DNA of 63,008 nt, filler included. It is 4 parts of 4 records of this genome, joined end to end, with 100 filler letters (N's around TTAATTAATTAA, not from the genome) between each part and the next. Parts side by side here need not be neighbours in the genome. Positions count along the whole stretch, not along the records: positions 35,160 to 51,380 come from DRR723986_10369; 3 more parts are not named here. One strand, given 5' to 3'. The translations under genes were made by a program, and so were the position numbers. Below, in pieces: positions 39,315 through 49,736 of the stretch. The notes below the pieces were generated by a model, which ran no database searches, was not told the origin of the DNA, and was given only the letters and a program-made list of their open reading frames with translations. Positions within the stretch are counted from its first letter, which is position 1; the number at the start of each line of letters is the position of its first letter.

Positions 39315-40340
39315 GTGAACACAATGCCTGGCACCCATACCGCGGCAGTACTTGGTGGCGGCAGTTTCGGAACCGTGATCGCCAACATCATGGCTCGGAA
39401 CGGCCATAGCGTCCGGCTCTGGATGCGCAACCCGGCGTTGGCGAACGATATCAATACCCAGCGCGAGAACAGCGCCTATCTTCCCGGCTACCTGCTCGAT
39501 GAGCGCCTGTGCGCGACCGACGACCTGCCGCTGGCGCTCGGCGGCGCTGATATCCTGTTCGTGGCCGTTCCCAGCGAATCCTTCCGCATGCTTGCTCGCA
39601 GCATTGCGCCGCTGGTCGGGCCGGAGACGATCCTCGTCAGCCTGACCAAGGGCATTGAGCCCGGCGGCTTTCGGCTGATGAGCGAAATACTGCACGAGGA
39701 GATGCCACATAACCCGCGCGCAGTCGTGAGTGGCCCTAATCTCGCTCGCGAAATCGCCATGGGCCAGATTACCGGGTCGGTGGTCGCCAGCCCGTCTGCG
39801 CAGATCAATGCGATTATTCATGACGTGTTGCACAGCGATACCTTCCTGGTCTACAGCTCGCACGACCTGTATGGCGTGGAGCTGGGCGGCGCCCTGAAGA
39901 ACGTCTATGCAATCCTCGCTGGGCTTGGCAATGCGCTGGAGTTCGGTGAAAACACGAACGGCATGTTGCTGACCCGCGCGCTCGCGGAGATGTCGCGTTT
40001 TGCGGTGCAGCTCGGTGCCAATCCTTTGACCTTTCTGGGGCTCGCCGGCGTCGGTGACCTGATTGTCACCTGCGCCACACCACAGTCGCGTAATTTCCGC
40101 GTGGGTTACGCGATAGGCAAGGGTGAGCCCCTGGACCAGATCCTGGAAGGGATGGACCAGGTTGCCGAAGGAATCAACACCCTGGGATTGCTCAAGGCCG
40201 AGGCTGACAGGCGCTCGGTGCATATGCCCCTGGTAAATGGTCTGTACGGCATCCTGTACGAGCACAGGCCAGTCTCGGACGTGCTCAGTGATATGATGTT
40301 CACCGAACAGGCTCAGGACGTCGAGTTCGTAACAGGCTAA
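39315..40340 (+). CDS. gpsA: NAD(P)H-dependent glycerol-3-phosphate dehydrogenase
   Basis: GGGSFGT, TKGIE, SGPNLA.E, GVELGGALKN, GLAGVGDLIVTC, SRN. Confidence 0.96.
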   Translation: MNTMPGTHTAAVLGGGSFGTVIANIMARNGHSVRLWMRNPALANDINTQRENSAYLPGYLLDERLCATDDLPLALGGADILFVAVPSESFRMLARSIAPLVGPETILVSLTKGIEPGGFRLMSEILHEEMPHNPRAVVSGPNLAREIAMGQITGSVVASPSAQINAIIHDVLHSDTFLVYSSHDLYGVELGGALKNVYAILAGLGNALEFGENTNGMLLTRALAEMSRFAVQLGANPLTFLGLAGVGDLIVTCATPQSRNFRVGYAIGKGEPLDQILEGMDQVAEGINTLGLLKAEADRRSVHMPLVNGLYGILYEHRPVSDVLSDMMFTEQAQDVEFVTG

Positions 40341-40345
40341 TAGCG

Positions 40346-40849
40346 ATGATTCTTACTATCTGGCGCCACGGTGAAGCGGGGAATGCGGTCGTCGACAGTG
40401 AGCGTGAATTGACCGACCGGGGCAGGGATGATGTGGGTTTCGGCAGCCGCCAATTCCACGAGCACTGCCTGGCACGAAGCCTGCCCCATCCCGATCGCAT
40501 TCTCTACAGTTCCTATACCCGTACACGCGAGACCGCGGACCTGCTTGCTTCGGCGTTCAATCACGCCAGCGTCGCCCCCGCCGATGCGCTGCGACCGGGC
40601 CACGGTGTGGCAGATGTAGATCGCCTGCTGGAAGACATCCTCGCGGCAGCGGATTCTCCGGCGCATCTGCTGTTGGTGTCACACCAGCCACTGGTCTCGA
40701 GTCTTGCGGATTTCTGGATTGGCGAGCCCGGCAGGGTTCCGGGGCTGGCGCCCGGCGCCCGGGTGACGCTGTCCCTGGAGAGCGCAGGAGCGGGTGCGGC
40801 GCAGTTGCTGTTCTGGTCCATGCCTCCGGAGTTCGGTGCCTCGCAGTGA
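40346..40849 (+). CDS. sixA: Phosphohistidine phosphatase SixA family
   Basis: RHGEA, RELTDRG, SSYTRTRETA, LVSHQP. Confidence 0.88.
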   Translation: MILTIWRHGEAGNAVVDSERELTDRGRDDVGFGSRQFHEHCLARSLPHPDRILYSSYTRTRETADLLASAFNHASVAPADALRPGHGVADVDRLLEDILAAADSPAHLLLVSHQPLVSSLADFWIGEPGRVPGLAPGARVTLSLESAGAGAAQLLFWSMPPEFGASQ

Positions 40850-41700
40850 CTCAGCCAGACGCGCTTTCCTGGACAATTGATGGTCTCAGGATCGCCGGCC
40901 TCGGCTGGGGAGACCCTGGCCTGCCGCCGTTGCTGGCCTTGCATGGCTGGCTGGACAATGCGAACAGTTTTGCCGTCCTCGCGCCGCTGCTGACCACGCG
41001 CCGAGTGGTGGCACTGGACCTCACCGGGCATGGCCGCAGCGACAATCGCTCCGACGATGCCAGTTACAATATCTGGGACGATCTGCCACAGCTGCTCGGC
41101 GTGGTGGATAGCCTGGGCTGGGATCGCTTCGATCTGCTCGGTCACTCCCGCGGCGGCATTATCGCCACCCTGTTTGCGGCAGCATTGCCGGACAGGATCA
41201 GGACCCTGACCTTGCTGGACGCACTCATGCCGGAACCGGTGGCAGCTGATAGGGTGGCAGAGCAGCTGGGCCGATTTCTCACAGAGCGAGTTACCCTGAT
41301 GCGCCGCGAGCCACGCTTGTTTGCGGACCTGGCAAGTGCCATAGCAGCGCGCGCCAGCAAGGGTCTGCAGCATGATGCTGCACAGCTGTTGACCGAGCGT
41401 TCGGTGCGGGAAACGGCTGCGGGTTTCCAGTGGACAGGCGATGCGCGCCTGCGCGGCCCCTCGGCGGTCAAATTGACTAGCGATCAGATTCAGGCAGTAT
41501 TGGCAGCTATAGCTGCACCCTCGTTGTTGCTGATGGCCGAGGACGGGCATGCCCGTTATCCTGAGCTCGTTGCCTGGGCCGCTGCCCATATTGACCGGCT
41601 GGAGTCAGAGACAATGCCCGGGAGTCATCATTTTCATATGGAAGCCAATGCGCCGTTGCTGGCACGGCGCATCCAGCATTTTTTGGAGTCTCATGATTAA
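40846..41700 (+). CDS. Alpha/beta fold hydrolase
   Basis: LHGWLDNANSF, DLTGHGRS, GHSRGG, GSHHFHME. Confidence 0.92.
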   Translation: MTQPDALSWTIDGLRIAGLGWGDPGLPPLLALHGWLDNANSFAVLAPLLTTRRVVALDLTGHGRSDNRSDDASYNIWDDLPQLLGVVDSLGWDRFDLLGHSRGGIIATLFAAALPDRIRTLTLLDALMPEPVAADRVAEQLGRFLTERVTLMRREPRLFADLASAIAARASKGLQHDAAQLLTERSVRETAAGFQWTGDARLRGPSAVKLTSDQIQAVLAAIAAPSLLLMAEDGHARYPELVAWAAAHIDRLESETMPGSHHFHMEANAPLLARRIQHFLESHD

Positions 41701-42265
41701 ACGCCTGCACGGCCTGCCACAGCTGATAGTGGCGCTTGCAATCCTCTTGTTGTTTCCTGCCGTCAGGCTTGTGGCACAGACCGATGGGGCCATGGCGCTG
41801 CTTGCGCAAATCGAGGCCTATCCGCATTCAAAGCTGGTTAATACTGCAAGTATTCAGGTCCGGGATCACGAAATCGGTCTCGGTGCTTTGCAGAAAGTGC
41901 GGGGGGCCTGGCGCTTTAAGGACAGTGAGCGCTTTACTGGCGAGCTCAACCGCCGTACCTGGCAGGTGCTGGACGGTTTCAGCTCGGCCGAACTGTTCGA
42001 GCAGCTGGCGGCGAAGGTTGAAGCATTCCCGGGCGCCGAACAGCTGTTCGATTGTCGTGGCAGGTCCTGTGGTCACGGTTCGCAGTGGGCTAACCGGGTG
42101 TTCGGGCAGCGCGTACTTTATGGGCGAGATGATGACCAGCAGTACCGTGTCTATCGGCTTGCAGCTGGGGAGGAGGCCTTGTTGGTTATCTATGCATCAG
42201 CGCGCACCGCAGATCGACAATACCTGCACGTTGACCTGTTGCTGGTAGGGCCAATCGAACCCTAG
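41693..42265 (+). CDS. Exported protein, DUF4892-like
   Basis: Signal peptide; [26 protein letters not shown] motif. Confidence 0.72.
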   Translation: MIKRLHGLPQLIVALAILLLFPAVRLVAQTDGAMALLAQIEAYPHSKLVNTASIQVRDHEIGLGALQKVRGAWRFKDSERFTGELNRRTWQVLDGFSSAELFEQLAAKVEAFPGAEQLFDCRGRSCGHGSQWANRVFGQRVLYGRDDDQQYRVYRLAAGEEALLVIYASARTADRQYLHVDLLLVGPIEP

Positions 42266-42810
42266 CGGTTCATCTGCAGCAGGGAGAGAAATTCTTCGCG
42301 GGTCGCCTGGTTAGCGCGGAAGCTACCAAGCATCGCTGAGGTCTTCATTACCGAGTTCTGCTTTTCAACGCCGCGCATCATCATGCACATATGTTGTGCC
42401 TCGATGATCACACCCACGCCCTCGGCGTCGGTTACCTGCATGATAGTCTCGGCGATCTGGGTGGTCAGCGCTTCCTGGATCTGCAGGCGACGGGCAAATA
42501 CGTCTACCAGGCGCGCCACCTTGGACAGGCCGAGCACCTTGCCAGTGGGGATGTAGGCGACGTGACATTTACCGATGAACGGCAACAGGTGGTGCTCACA
42601 GAGCGAGTACAGCTCGACATCCTGCACCAGGACCATCTCGCTGGAATCCGAGGGGAACAGGGCCTCGTTGACCACTTCATCGACCGATTGTCCGTAGCCG
42701 CGGGTAAGGAATTCGAAGGCTGCAGCGGCACGCTTGGGCGTGTCGACCAGGCCGGGGCGCTTCAGGTCTTCGCCGATCGCTTCGATAATACTGGCCCAGT
42801 GCTGTTCCAT
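42262..42810 (-). CDS. folE: GTP cyclohydrolase I
   Basis: [35 protein letters not shown]. Confidence 0.97.
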   Translation of the reverse strand: MEQHWASIIEAIGEDLKRPGLVDTPKRAAAAFEFLTRGYGQSVDEVVNEALFPSDSSEMVLVQDVELYSLCEHHLLPFIGKCHVAYIPTGKVLGLSKVARLVDVFARRLQIQEALTTQIAETIMQVTDAEGVGVIIEAQHMCMMMRGVEKQNSVMKTSAMLGSFRANQATREEFLSLLQMNR

Positions 42811-42912
42811 AGGTTACTCCCGCTGATACTCGCCGCAAAACCCGGCGGCCAGGAATGGTAGCAACCCCTTCTGGCGTAGGCAATTCAGTCCGCCCGTGCG
42901 TACAATGCGCGC

Positions 42913-43833
42913 ATGGACAGAACCCCTGCAAGTGAGTCGCCGCCGCTGGACCTGGGTGAGGCCCTGGCGCGGACTGAGCAACGCCTTGCCGCCAGTCCCG
43001 CAGTCTACGGCCACGGCACGGACAATCCCTGGGATGAGGCGGTACAGCTCGTCCTTGCCGCCTGCGAGCTCCCTGCGGATAGCGGTCGGGAGGTGCTGGA
43101 GGTGCTGCTGTCACCCGCACATTGGCAGCGTATCGAGGCGCTGCTGGAGCGGCGTATCGTTGACCGTACGCCCTTGCCCTACCTGCTGGGCAAAGCCTGG
43201 TTCGCCGGCCTCGAGTTTCTCTGTGATCCGCGTGCGCTGGTACCGCGGTCCCCGCTGGCAGAATTAATTCTTGACGACTTTGCGCCCTGGTACGGCGGGC
43301 CGTCACCGCGGGCGATCCTGGATCTGTGCTGTGGCGGTGGCTGCATCGGTATCGCAGCTGCCGTTCACCAGCCCGACGCGCGGGTGGACCTGCTCGACCT
43401 TTCTCCGGATGCACTGGCGCTGGCGCGAGAGAATATCGCCTTGCATGGGCTCGGGGAGCGGGTCAGGACGCTTGAGTCTGACCTGTTCGATGCACTGCCG
43501 GAGCAGCGCTACGATATTATTCTGGCGAATCCGCCCTACGTGGATGCTGCCGACCTGGGCAGCATGCCCGCGGAATACCGGCATGAACCGGCCATGGGCC
43601 TGGGTTCAGGGGTAGACGGCCTGATCCACACCCGCCGCATCCTGGCCCAGGCTGCCGATCACCTGAGTGAGGAGGGGCTGCTGGTGGTCGAGGTAGGCAA
43701 TAGCTGGGAGGCCTTACAGCACAGTTATCCGGATGTGCCCTTTACCTGGCTGTCCTTCCGTAACGGCGGTCATGGTGTGTTCGTCCTGACTGCCGGTGAC
43801 TTGCAAGAATACGCAGCAAGCCTCCGACGATAG
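42913..43833 (+). CDS. prmB: Ribosomal protein L3 glutamine methyltransferase
   Basis: [35 protein letters not shown]; upstream of aroC. Confidence 0.94.
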   Translation: MDRTPASESPPLDLGEALARTEQRLAASPAVYGHGTDNPWDEAVQLVLAACELPADSGREVLEVLLSPAHWQRIEALLERRIVDRTPLPYLLGKAWFAGLEFLCDPRALVPRSPLAELILDDFAPWYGGPSPRAILDLCCGGGCIGIAAAVHQPDARVDLLDLSPDALALARENIALHGLGERVRTLESDLFDALPEQRYDIILANPPYVDAADLGSMPAEYRHEPAMGLGSGVDGLIHTRRILAQAADHLSEEGLLVVEVGNSWEALQHSYPDVPFTWLSFRNGGHGVFVLTAGDLQEYAASLRR

Positions 43834-43867
43834 CCGTATAATGCCCCCTCAGGCGAGTGGGGGCAGC

Positions 43868-44980
43868 ATGGCAGGCAATACCTTCGGTAAACTTTTCACG
43901 GTTACGAGCTTTGGCGAAAGCCACGGTCCGGCATTGGGCTGCGTGGTGGACGGCTGCCCGCCGGGCATGGCTTTGTCGGCCGCCGATATGCAGCGCGACC
44001 TGGACCGACGCAAGCCGGGCACCTCTCGGTTCACGACCCAGCGCCGCGAAGACGATGAAGTGAAGATCCTGTCGGGCGTGTTCGAGGGGCGCACCACCGG
44101 CACGCCGATCGGGCTGCTGATTGAGAATACGGACCAGCGTTCCAAGGATTATTCCAACATCAAGGACACCTTCCGTCCCGCTCATGCGGACTACACCTAT
44201 AACCAGAAGTACGGCTTCCGCGACTACCGCGGCGGTGGCCGCTCTTCTGCTCGGGAAACCGCCATGCGGGTGGCGGCTGGCGCAATTGCCAAGAAATACC
44301 TGCGCGAGCGCTACGGTATCGAGATTCGCGGTTACCTGGCCCAGCTTGGGCCGGTGCGGGCCGAAGTCCTGGATTGGGATGTAGTGGAAACCAACCCGTT
44401 CTTCTGCCCCGACCCGGCGAAGATCGATGCGATGGCAGACTACATGGCAGCCCTCAACAAACGCGGTGATTCCATCGGTGCCCGGATCAACGTGGTCGCC
44501 AGTGGCGTGCAGCCCGGCCTTGGCGAGCCGGTGTTCGATCGCCTGGACGCGGATATCGCCCATGCCATGATGGGCATCAATGCGGTCAAGGGGGTCGAGA
44601 TCGGCGCCGGCTTCGCATCGGTGGAGCAGCAGGGCAGTGAGCACCGCGACCTGCTCACCCCGGAGGGCTTCCTGAGTAACAATGCCGGCGGGGTCCTCGG
44701 TGGTATTTCCAGTGGTCAGGATATTACCGTCAGCCTGGCGATCAAACCGACCTCCAGCATCCGCCAGCCCGGAGCCACCATCGACCGCCACGGCGAGGCA
44801 ATGGAGATGGCGACCCACGGTCGCCACGATCCTTGCGTCGGCATTCGCGCAACGCCGATTGCCGAGGCCATGCTTGCCCTGGTATTGATGGACCATGCCC
44901 TGCGTCATCGGGCGCAGAACGCGGATGTGCTCTGCGAAACACCGGTGATCCCGCCGACGGCGCCGAACGCCGGGAATTGA
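43868..44980 (+). CDS. aroC: Chorismate synthase
   Basis: [28 protein letters not shown]. Confidence 0.98.
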   Translation: MAGNTFGKLFTVTSFGESHGPALGCVVDGCPPGMALSAADMQRDLDRRKPGTSRFTTQRREDDEVKILSGVFEGRTTGTPIGLLIENTDQRSKDYSNIKDTFRPAHADYTYNQKYGFRDYRGGGRSSARETAMRVAAGAIAKKYLRERYGIEIRGYLAQLGPVRAEVLDWDVVETNPFFCPDPAKIDAMADYMAALNKRGDSIGARINVVASGVQPGLGEPVFDRLDADIAHAMMGINAVKGVEIGAGFASVEQQGSEHRDLLTPEGFLSNNAGGVLGGISSGQDITVSLAIKPTSSIRQPGATIDRHGEAMEMATHGRHDPCVGIRATPIAEAMLALVLMDHALRHRAQNADVLCETPVIPPTAPNAGN

Positions 44981-44987
44981 GGTCTCT

Positions 44988-45218
44988 GTGAAGGGATCTG
45001 CCGCGCGCTACCGACGCACCGTTCTGCTGGGTGTGGCGGCGCTCGCGGCGCTGGTCTGGACGGCAGTGGACCAGTTCGGCATCGACCTGGACGAGATGCT
45101 GGACCTGTTTCTCACTACCCTGATCGCGGTATTCGCAACCATGCTGGTCGGTGCAGTGGCCGCGGCCCTCTGGATTGCGCTGCGTCGACTGTTAGCCCGC
45201 TTGCGCGAGGGTGACTAG
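44988..45218 (+). CDS. Small membrane hypothetical protein
   Basis: 76 aa with two hydrophobic segments; GAGG before GTG; fills the gap after aroC. Confidence 0.65.
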   Translation: MKGSAARYRRTVLLGVAALAALVWTAVDQFGIDLDEMLDLFLTTLIAVFATMLVGAVAAALWIALRRLLARLREGD

Positions 45219-45736
45219 CTGCCTTCCAGATCGATATCCAGGGTCAGCTGGTTGGCAATATCGTCGAGTGCATCACTGAGTTCGGTCAGGGAGAGGGATT
45301 CAGGTATCTCTGCGTCGATCCGGGTCTGGAACAGCATCTCGCCACTCATCGGTGCGCTGCTCACCTCGCTGTCCATCTCGATCACATTCACCCCACGCGC
45401 GGCCAGGGTGCGTGCAATTTCCCTGACGATGCCGAGCCGGTCAGGCCCGATCGCGGTGAGGGTGATGCGTTTGCCGTGGGTGGGGGGCAGCCCGCTACCG
45501 GTCGGTGTGACCCTGACACTGATGCCGCTGTCCGCCAGCGCTTTGAGCTCGGCTTCCAGCGCGGCCCCGTCGGCCTTTGGCAGCGAGACCAGCACCAGGC
45601 CGGTGAACTTGCCCCCGAGCTGGGCCAGGCGGCTTTCATGCCAGTTGCCCCGGTTATTCTCGATAACCGCTGACAGCTGCTCCACCAGCCCGGGTCGGTC
45701 ATCCCCGATAAACGTGATGATGTAGGAGGTTGTCAC
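45215..45736 (-). CDS. GcvR-like double ACT-domain protein
   Basis: IGDDRPGLV and IGPDRLGIV ACT motifs; SAPMSGEMLF. Confidence 0.88.
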   Translation of the reverse strand: MTTSYIITFIGDDRPGLVEQLSAVIENNRGNWHESRLAQLGGKFTGLVLVSLPKADGAALEAELKALADSGISVRVTPTGSGLPPTHGKRITLTAIGPDRLGIVREIARTLAARGVNVIEMDSEVSSAPMSGEMLFQTRIDAEIPESLSLTELSDALDDIANQLTLDIDLEGS

Positions 45737-45808
45737 CGATGGGACTCCACTTTCCGCGGTTGAGGCCGTATATTAACGCGCTACCCGGTTTATCAGAAGG
45801 AAAACACC

Positions 45809-46606
45809 ATGAAATACGCTCTGTTATTGCTAGCAGCTCTGGCCGTCATGCCCGCCAGGGCGGAACTGGACTGGCAGACTGCCCTGGAAGGTGTTCAGCG
45901 CAGTGCCGATAACAAGGTTCGTGATGAATCGCGACATCCCCGTGAAACCCTGGAATTCTTTGGCATCGATGCCGGGATGACGATTGTCGAACTCGCCCCA
46001 GGCGGTGGCTGGTACACCGAGGTGCTGGCTCCGCTGCTGGCCGATAACGGGACTTACTACGCAGCTCACCATAGCCTGAACGCGCCGGGCGCCTATTACC
46101 GTAACTCACTCGGCCGTTATCTGCAGAAGATGGCTGCCGACGCTGATCTCTACAGCAGTGTAATCATCACCCAGATGCAGCCGCCCACCGAGATGGCTGT
46201 TGCACCTGCCGGCTCGGCAGACCTGGTGGTGGCCTTCCGTAACGTTCACAGCTGGATGCGGGCGGGGCACCTCGACGGCGTGCTCACGGCGGCCTTTACC
46301 GCCCTGAAGCCGGGCGGCAAGCTGGGTATCGTCCAGCATCGCGCCAGACCAGATACAGACGTGGAGACCATGAAGCAGAGCGGCTACGTGACCGAGGCGT
46401 ATGTCATTGCGGCCGCAGAAGCTGCCGGTTTCAAGCTCGAAGCAAGCTCGGACATCAATGCCAACCCGGCTGATACCGCGGACCATCCCAAGGGTGTATG
46501 GAACCTGCCGCCAGCGCTGCGTGATGGTGACGATGACCGGGATAAGTACGAGGCAATTGGCGAGAGCGATCGCATGACCCTGCGCTTCGTTAAACCGGCG
46601 GGCTGA
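45809..46606 (+). CDS. Signal-peptide-bearing class I SAM-dependent methyltransferase-like protein
   Basis: Signal peptide MKYALLLLAALAVMPARA; RHPRETLEFFG, VELAPGGGWYT, ALKPGG, IGESDRMTLRF. Confidence 0.85.
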   Translation: MKYALLLLAALAVMPARAELDWQTALEGVQRSADNKVRDESRHPRETLEFFGIDAGMTIVELAPGGGWYTEVLAPLLADNGTYYAAHHSLNAPGAYYRNSLGRYLQKMAADADLYSSVIITQMQPPTEMAVAPAGSADLVVAFRNVHSWMRAGHLDGVLTAAFTALKPGGKLGIVQHRARPDTDVETMKQSGYVTEAYVIAAAEAAGFKLEASSDINANPADTADHPKGVWNLPPALRDGDDDRDKYEAIGESDRMTLRFVKPAG

Positions 46607-46608
46607 AT

Positions 46609-46857
46609 TTGGCGCAGTTCATCGAGGTGCCGGTTGCGCAGCTCTCACCCGAGGCCCTGAACGGGCTGTTAGAGGAGTTCGCCAGTCGTGACGGTACCGA
46701 TTACGGCGAACGCGAGCACTCCCTCGAGGAGAAATGCGCGACGCTGCGCACTGGCCTGGGCAGTGGCGAGCTGGTGCTGGTCTATGACAGTGACAGTGAG
46801 CAATGGGACGTGCTGGCCCGCGCGGAGGCCAGCGAGCATCTCGGAGCGACACCGTGA
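46609..46857 (+). CDS. YheU family protein
   Basis: LSPEALNGLLEEFASRDGTDYGE motif. Confidence 0.87.
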   Translation: MAQFIEVPVAQLSPEALNGLLEEFASRDGTDYGEREHSLEEKCATLRTGLGSGELVLVYDSDSEQWDVLARAEASEHLGATP

Positions 46858-47099
46858 GTCAGCAGCCAGACCACGTGCTGGATGTCACCGGCCTCTGGTG
46901 TCCGGAGCCGGTGATGCTATTGCACAACAAGATCCGCGATATCGCGGTGGGCGAACTGCTGCAGGTGCTCGCCACCGATCCCGCGACCCAGCGGGATATT
47001 CCAAAATTCTGCACATTCCTTGGTCACGAACTGCTGGTGCAGGAAGAGTCCGAGGGCCGGTACTGCTATCTGCTGCGCAAGGCTGGCGAGGACGCATGA
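46854..47099 (+). CDS. tusA: Sulfur carrier TusA
   Basis: LDVTGLWCPEPVM, ATDPAT.RDIPKFC.FLGH; GTGA overlap with yheU. Confidence 0.93.
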   Translation: MSQQPDHVLDVTGLWCPEPVMLLHNKIRDIAVGELLQVLATDPATQRDIPKFCTFLGHELLVQEESEGRYCYLLRKAGEDA

Positions 47100-47677
47100 G
47101 CGCCACGGCTCTGGAGACGCCTGGCCGGGTCTGCTTTGATGCGTTGCGCCTGGAGCAGGTATTTTCCCGTTGTTTCTCTGCAACTGAGAACACCTGCCTG
47201 ATTGGCGGAGCCGATGAGCCGCTCTACCTGCCGGCAGATACTGAACAGCCAGCTGCACGGCTGTTTTACCGCGAGGATTTTTTCGCCAGCGCCCTGCATG
47301 AAAGCGCTCACTGGTGTATTGCCGGTAAACAGCGTCGCCGGCAGCGAGACTTCGGCTACTGGTATACCCCCGAGGGACGAGGAGCTGCCGACCAGGGCGC
47401 GTTCCTGCAGGTGGAAGCACGGCCGCAGGCACTGGAGTGGTGTTTTTCCCTGGCCTGCGCTTATGACTTCCGGGTCAGTCTGGATAATCACGAGGGGCAG
47501 CAGGATGCGTCACAGGCGGCCGGTTTTGTCGACCGGGTCGTAGAGGAAGCCCGTCGGTTCCAGCGGGAAGGTTTGCCCCAGCGCGCAGATCAGTTCTTCA
47601 GGGCCCTGGCGCTGGAGTTCGACACCGGGGTGCAGCTCGCCGACCTGGCATTCGACGCTGGCCAGTGCCGATGGTAG
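47096..47677 (+). CDS. epmC: Elongation factor P hydroxylase (EpmC/YfcM)
   Basis: GGADEPLYLP, FASALHE.AHWCIAG..RR..DFGYWY.PEGR, VEARPQALEW. Confidence 0.9.
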   Translation: MSATALETPGRVCFDALRLEQVFSRCFSATENTCLIGGADEPLYLPADTEQPAARLFYREDFFASALHESAHWCIAGKQRRRQRDFGYWYTPEGRGAADQGAFLQVEARPQALEWCFSLACAYDFRVSLDNHEGQQDASQAAGFVDRVVEEARRFQREGLPQRADQFFRALALEFDTGVQLADLAFDAGQCRW

Positions 47678-48579
47678 CGCCGGCCCGGGCGTGGCTGATC
47701 GACGCCTCTATCTACATCTTCCGCGCCTGGTTCTCTCTGCCTGATCGCTGGCAGACGCCACAGGGGCAGCCCCTTAACGCGGTCTGCGGGTATACCGGCT
47801 TCCTGCTCGATTTCATCTCCGACCTGGAGCCTGAGACGTATCTGGCGGCCGCCTTCGATGAGAGCCTCGGTAGTTGCTTTCGCAATGACATCCTGCCGGG
47901 CTATAAGGCCAGCCGTGAGCTGCCGGACGAGGGCCTGGCGTTTCAGCTCGCTACCTGCCGGGAAGTCACCGAACTGCTAGGCTTGCCCTGTTATAGCGGT
48001 GACCGCTTCGAGGCGGACGATTATCTTGCGAGTCTGGCCCGGATCTGCAGGGAGGCTGGACTGGCCGTTACCGTCGTTACCCGGGACAAGGATCTTGGCC
48101 AGATTCTGGTGCAGGATGAGGATCATTGGTGGGACTATGCCTCCGACACGGTGCTCCATCCCGCGGCCTTCGCTGAGCGCTTTGGTGTGCCGCCCGGTAA
48201 ATTTGCAGATTATCTCGCCCTGGTAGGTGACCCGGTGGATGATATTCCCGGAGTGCCGGGTATCGGCGCAAAAACCGCCGCCGCGCTGCTGGCCACTTTC
48301 GAGGACCTCGAGGCTATCGGTGATGCGCTGGAGCAGGTCGCCGAACTGCCGATCCGGGGTGCAGCCCGGATTGCCGAGCGGCTGAGCGCCCACTGGCCGC
48401 AAGTCCAGCTTTCCCGGCAGCTCACCGGGCTCGAATATGCCGTCCCGGGTGTGGACGTGGTGCCTGAGTTTTCACCCAGGGCACAGGACCTGCTGGCCCT
48501 GGCGGATCGCCTGGGAGAACTGGGCTTGCCGCAATCCCTGCGCCAGCGCTGCCAGCGCATGGCGGGAGAGCGCGCATGA
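47671..48579 (+). CDS. 5'-3' exonuclease / flap endonuclease (Xni-like, H3TH domain)
   Basis: LIDASIYIFRAW, YKASR, FEADD, DKDL, GDPVDDIPGVPGIGAKTA. Confidence 0.9.
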   Translation: MVAPARAWLIDASIYIFRAWFSLPDRWQTPQGQPLNAVCGYTGFLLDFISDLEPETYLAAAFDESLGSCFRNDILPGYKASRELPDEGLAFQLATCREVTELLGLPCYSGDRFEADDYLASLARICREAGLAVTVVTRDKDLGQILVQDEDHWWDYASDTVLHPAAFAERFGVPPGKFADYLALVGDPVDDIPGVPGIGAKTAAALLATFEDLEAIGDALEQVAELPIRGAARIAERLSAHWPQVQLSRQLTGLEYAVPGVDVVPEFSPRAQDLLALADRLGELGLPQSLRQRCQRMAGERA

Positions 48580-49736
48580 CCAGCGGTTTGCGCATTGTCT
48601 GTGACGAGAACATCGCCGGAGCAGCAGAGATGTTCCGCGACTTTGGTGACCTGGTACTGCTTGGCGGCCGTGCAATAGACAGGGCCTCGCTGGCTAACGC
48701 CGACGCGCTGCTGGTGCGCTCGATCACCCGGGTCGACCAGGAGTTGCTTGCCGGCACGCCAGTGCGATTTGTCGGCAGCGCTACCAGCGGCTTCGATCAT
48801 ATCGATCGCGACTACCTCGCCGGGGAGGGCATAGCCTTCGCCTGCGCCCCGGGTTCCAATGCTAATTCTGTCGTTGAGTATGTGCTTGCTGCAATCGCCG
48901 GCACCCAGGACTACTGGGAGCGCCTGGAGCAGGGTGCAGAGGTCGGTATCGTCGGCTACGGGTATGTCGGCCAGTGTCTGGCCAGCCGACTGCAGGCTTT
49001 AGGCTTTGCCTGCCGGGTGACGGATCCCTGGCTGGATCGGGCGAACCTTGCGGATGGGGCGAGTCTCGACGAGGTACTTCGCTGTGAGGTGGTTTCCCTG
49101 CATTGCTCCCTGACCCGCAGGCAGCCTTGGCCCAGCTATCATTTACTGGATGAGACCCGATTGGCCGCACTGGGACCAGGGCAGCTGCTGATCAATGCCA
49201 GCCGAGGTGCCGTCATTGACCAGACGGCACTGCGCCAGCGCCTCGCGCTGGGCCTCGGTCCAGTCTCAGTACTGGACGTATGGGAGCACGAACCGCAGGT
49301 CGATACGGAGCTCTTGCGGCAGCTGCAATTTGGTACCGCGCATATTGCGGGTTACAGCCTGGACGGCAAGCTGGACGGCACTCGGCAGCTGCTGCGGGCC
49401 CTGGAATCGACCTTTGAGGCGGATAAGTCATTGCAGGCCCGCACCCAGGGACAGCGGCCGCCACCCATTACCGTGCCGGGACAAATCAGCGGCGCTGCCT
49501 TGGCCCGTTGGCTGATTGCCAGTCGCTACGACATCGCTCTGGATGATGGCCTGCTTAGACAGCTTGCCGCTGGGCCATCGACCCAGATCGGCCCCGGGTT
49601 TGACGCGCTACGGCGCGACTATCGGGAGCGCCGGGAGCTGGCGGGCAGCGTGATCAGTATGGCGGCGGCCGGTACAGCCGAGAAACGACTGATTGCAGCC
49701 CTGGGCTGTTCCCTGGAGAGCGCGGATGGTCGCTGA
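48576..49736 (+). CDS. pdxB: Erythronate-4-phosphate dehydrogenase
   Basis: DENI, LLVRSITRV, APGSNANSVVEY, LDVWEHEP, HIAGYSLDGK, FDALRRDY.ERRE. Confidence 0.93.
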   Translation: MTSGLRIVCDENIAGAAEMFRDFGDLVLLGGRAIDRASLANADALLVRSITRVDQELLAGTPVRFVGSATSGFDHIDRDYLAGEGIAFACAPGSNANSVVEYVLAAIAGTQDYWERLEQGAEVGIVGYGYVGQCLASRLQALGFACRVTDPWLDRANLADGASLDEVLRCEVVSLHCSLTRRQPWPSYHLLDETRLAALGPGQLLINASRGAVIDQTALRQRLALGLGPVSVLDVWEHEPQVDTELLRQLQFGTAHIAGYSLDGKLDGTRQLLRALESTFEADKSLQARTQGQRPPPITVPGQISGAALARWLIASRYDIALDDGLLRQLAAGPSTQIGPGFDALRRDYRERRELAGSVISMAAAGTAEKRLIAALGCSLESADGR

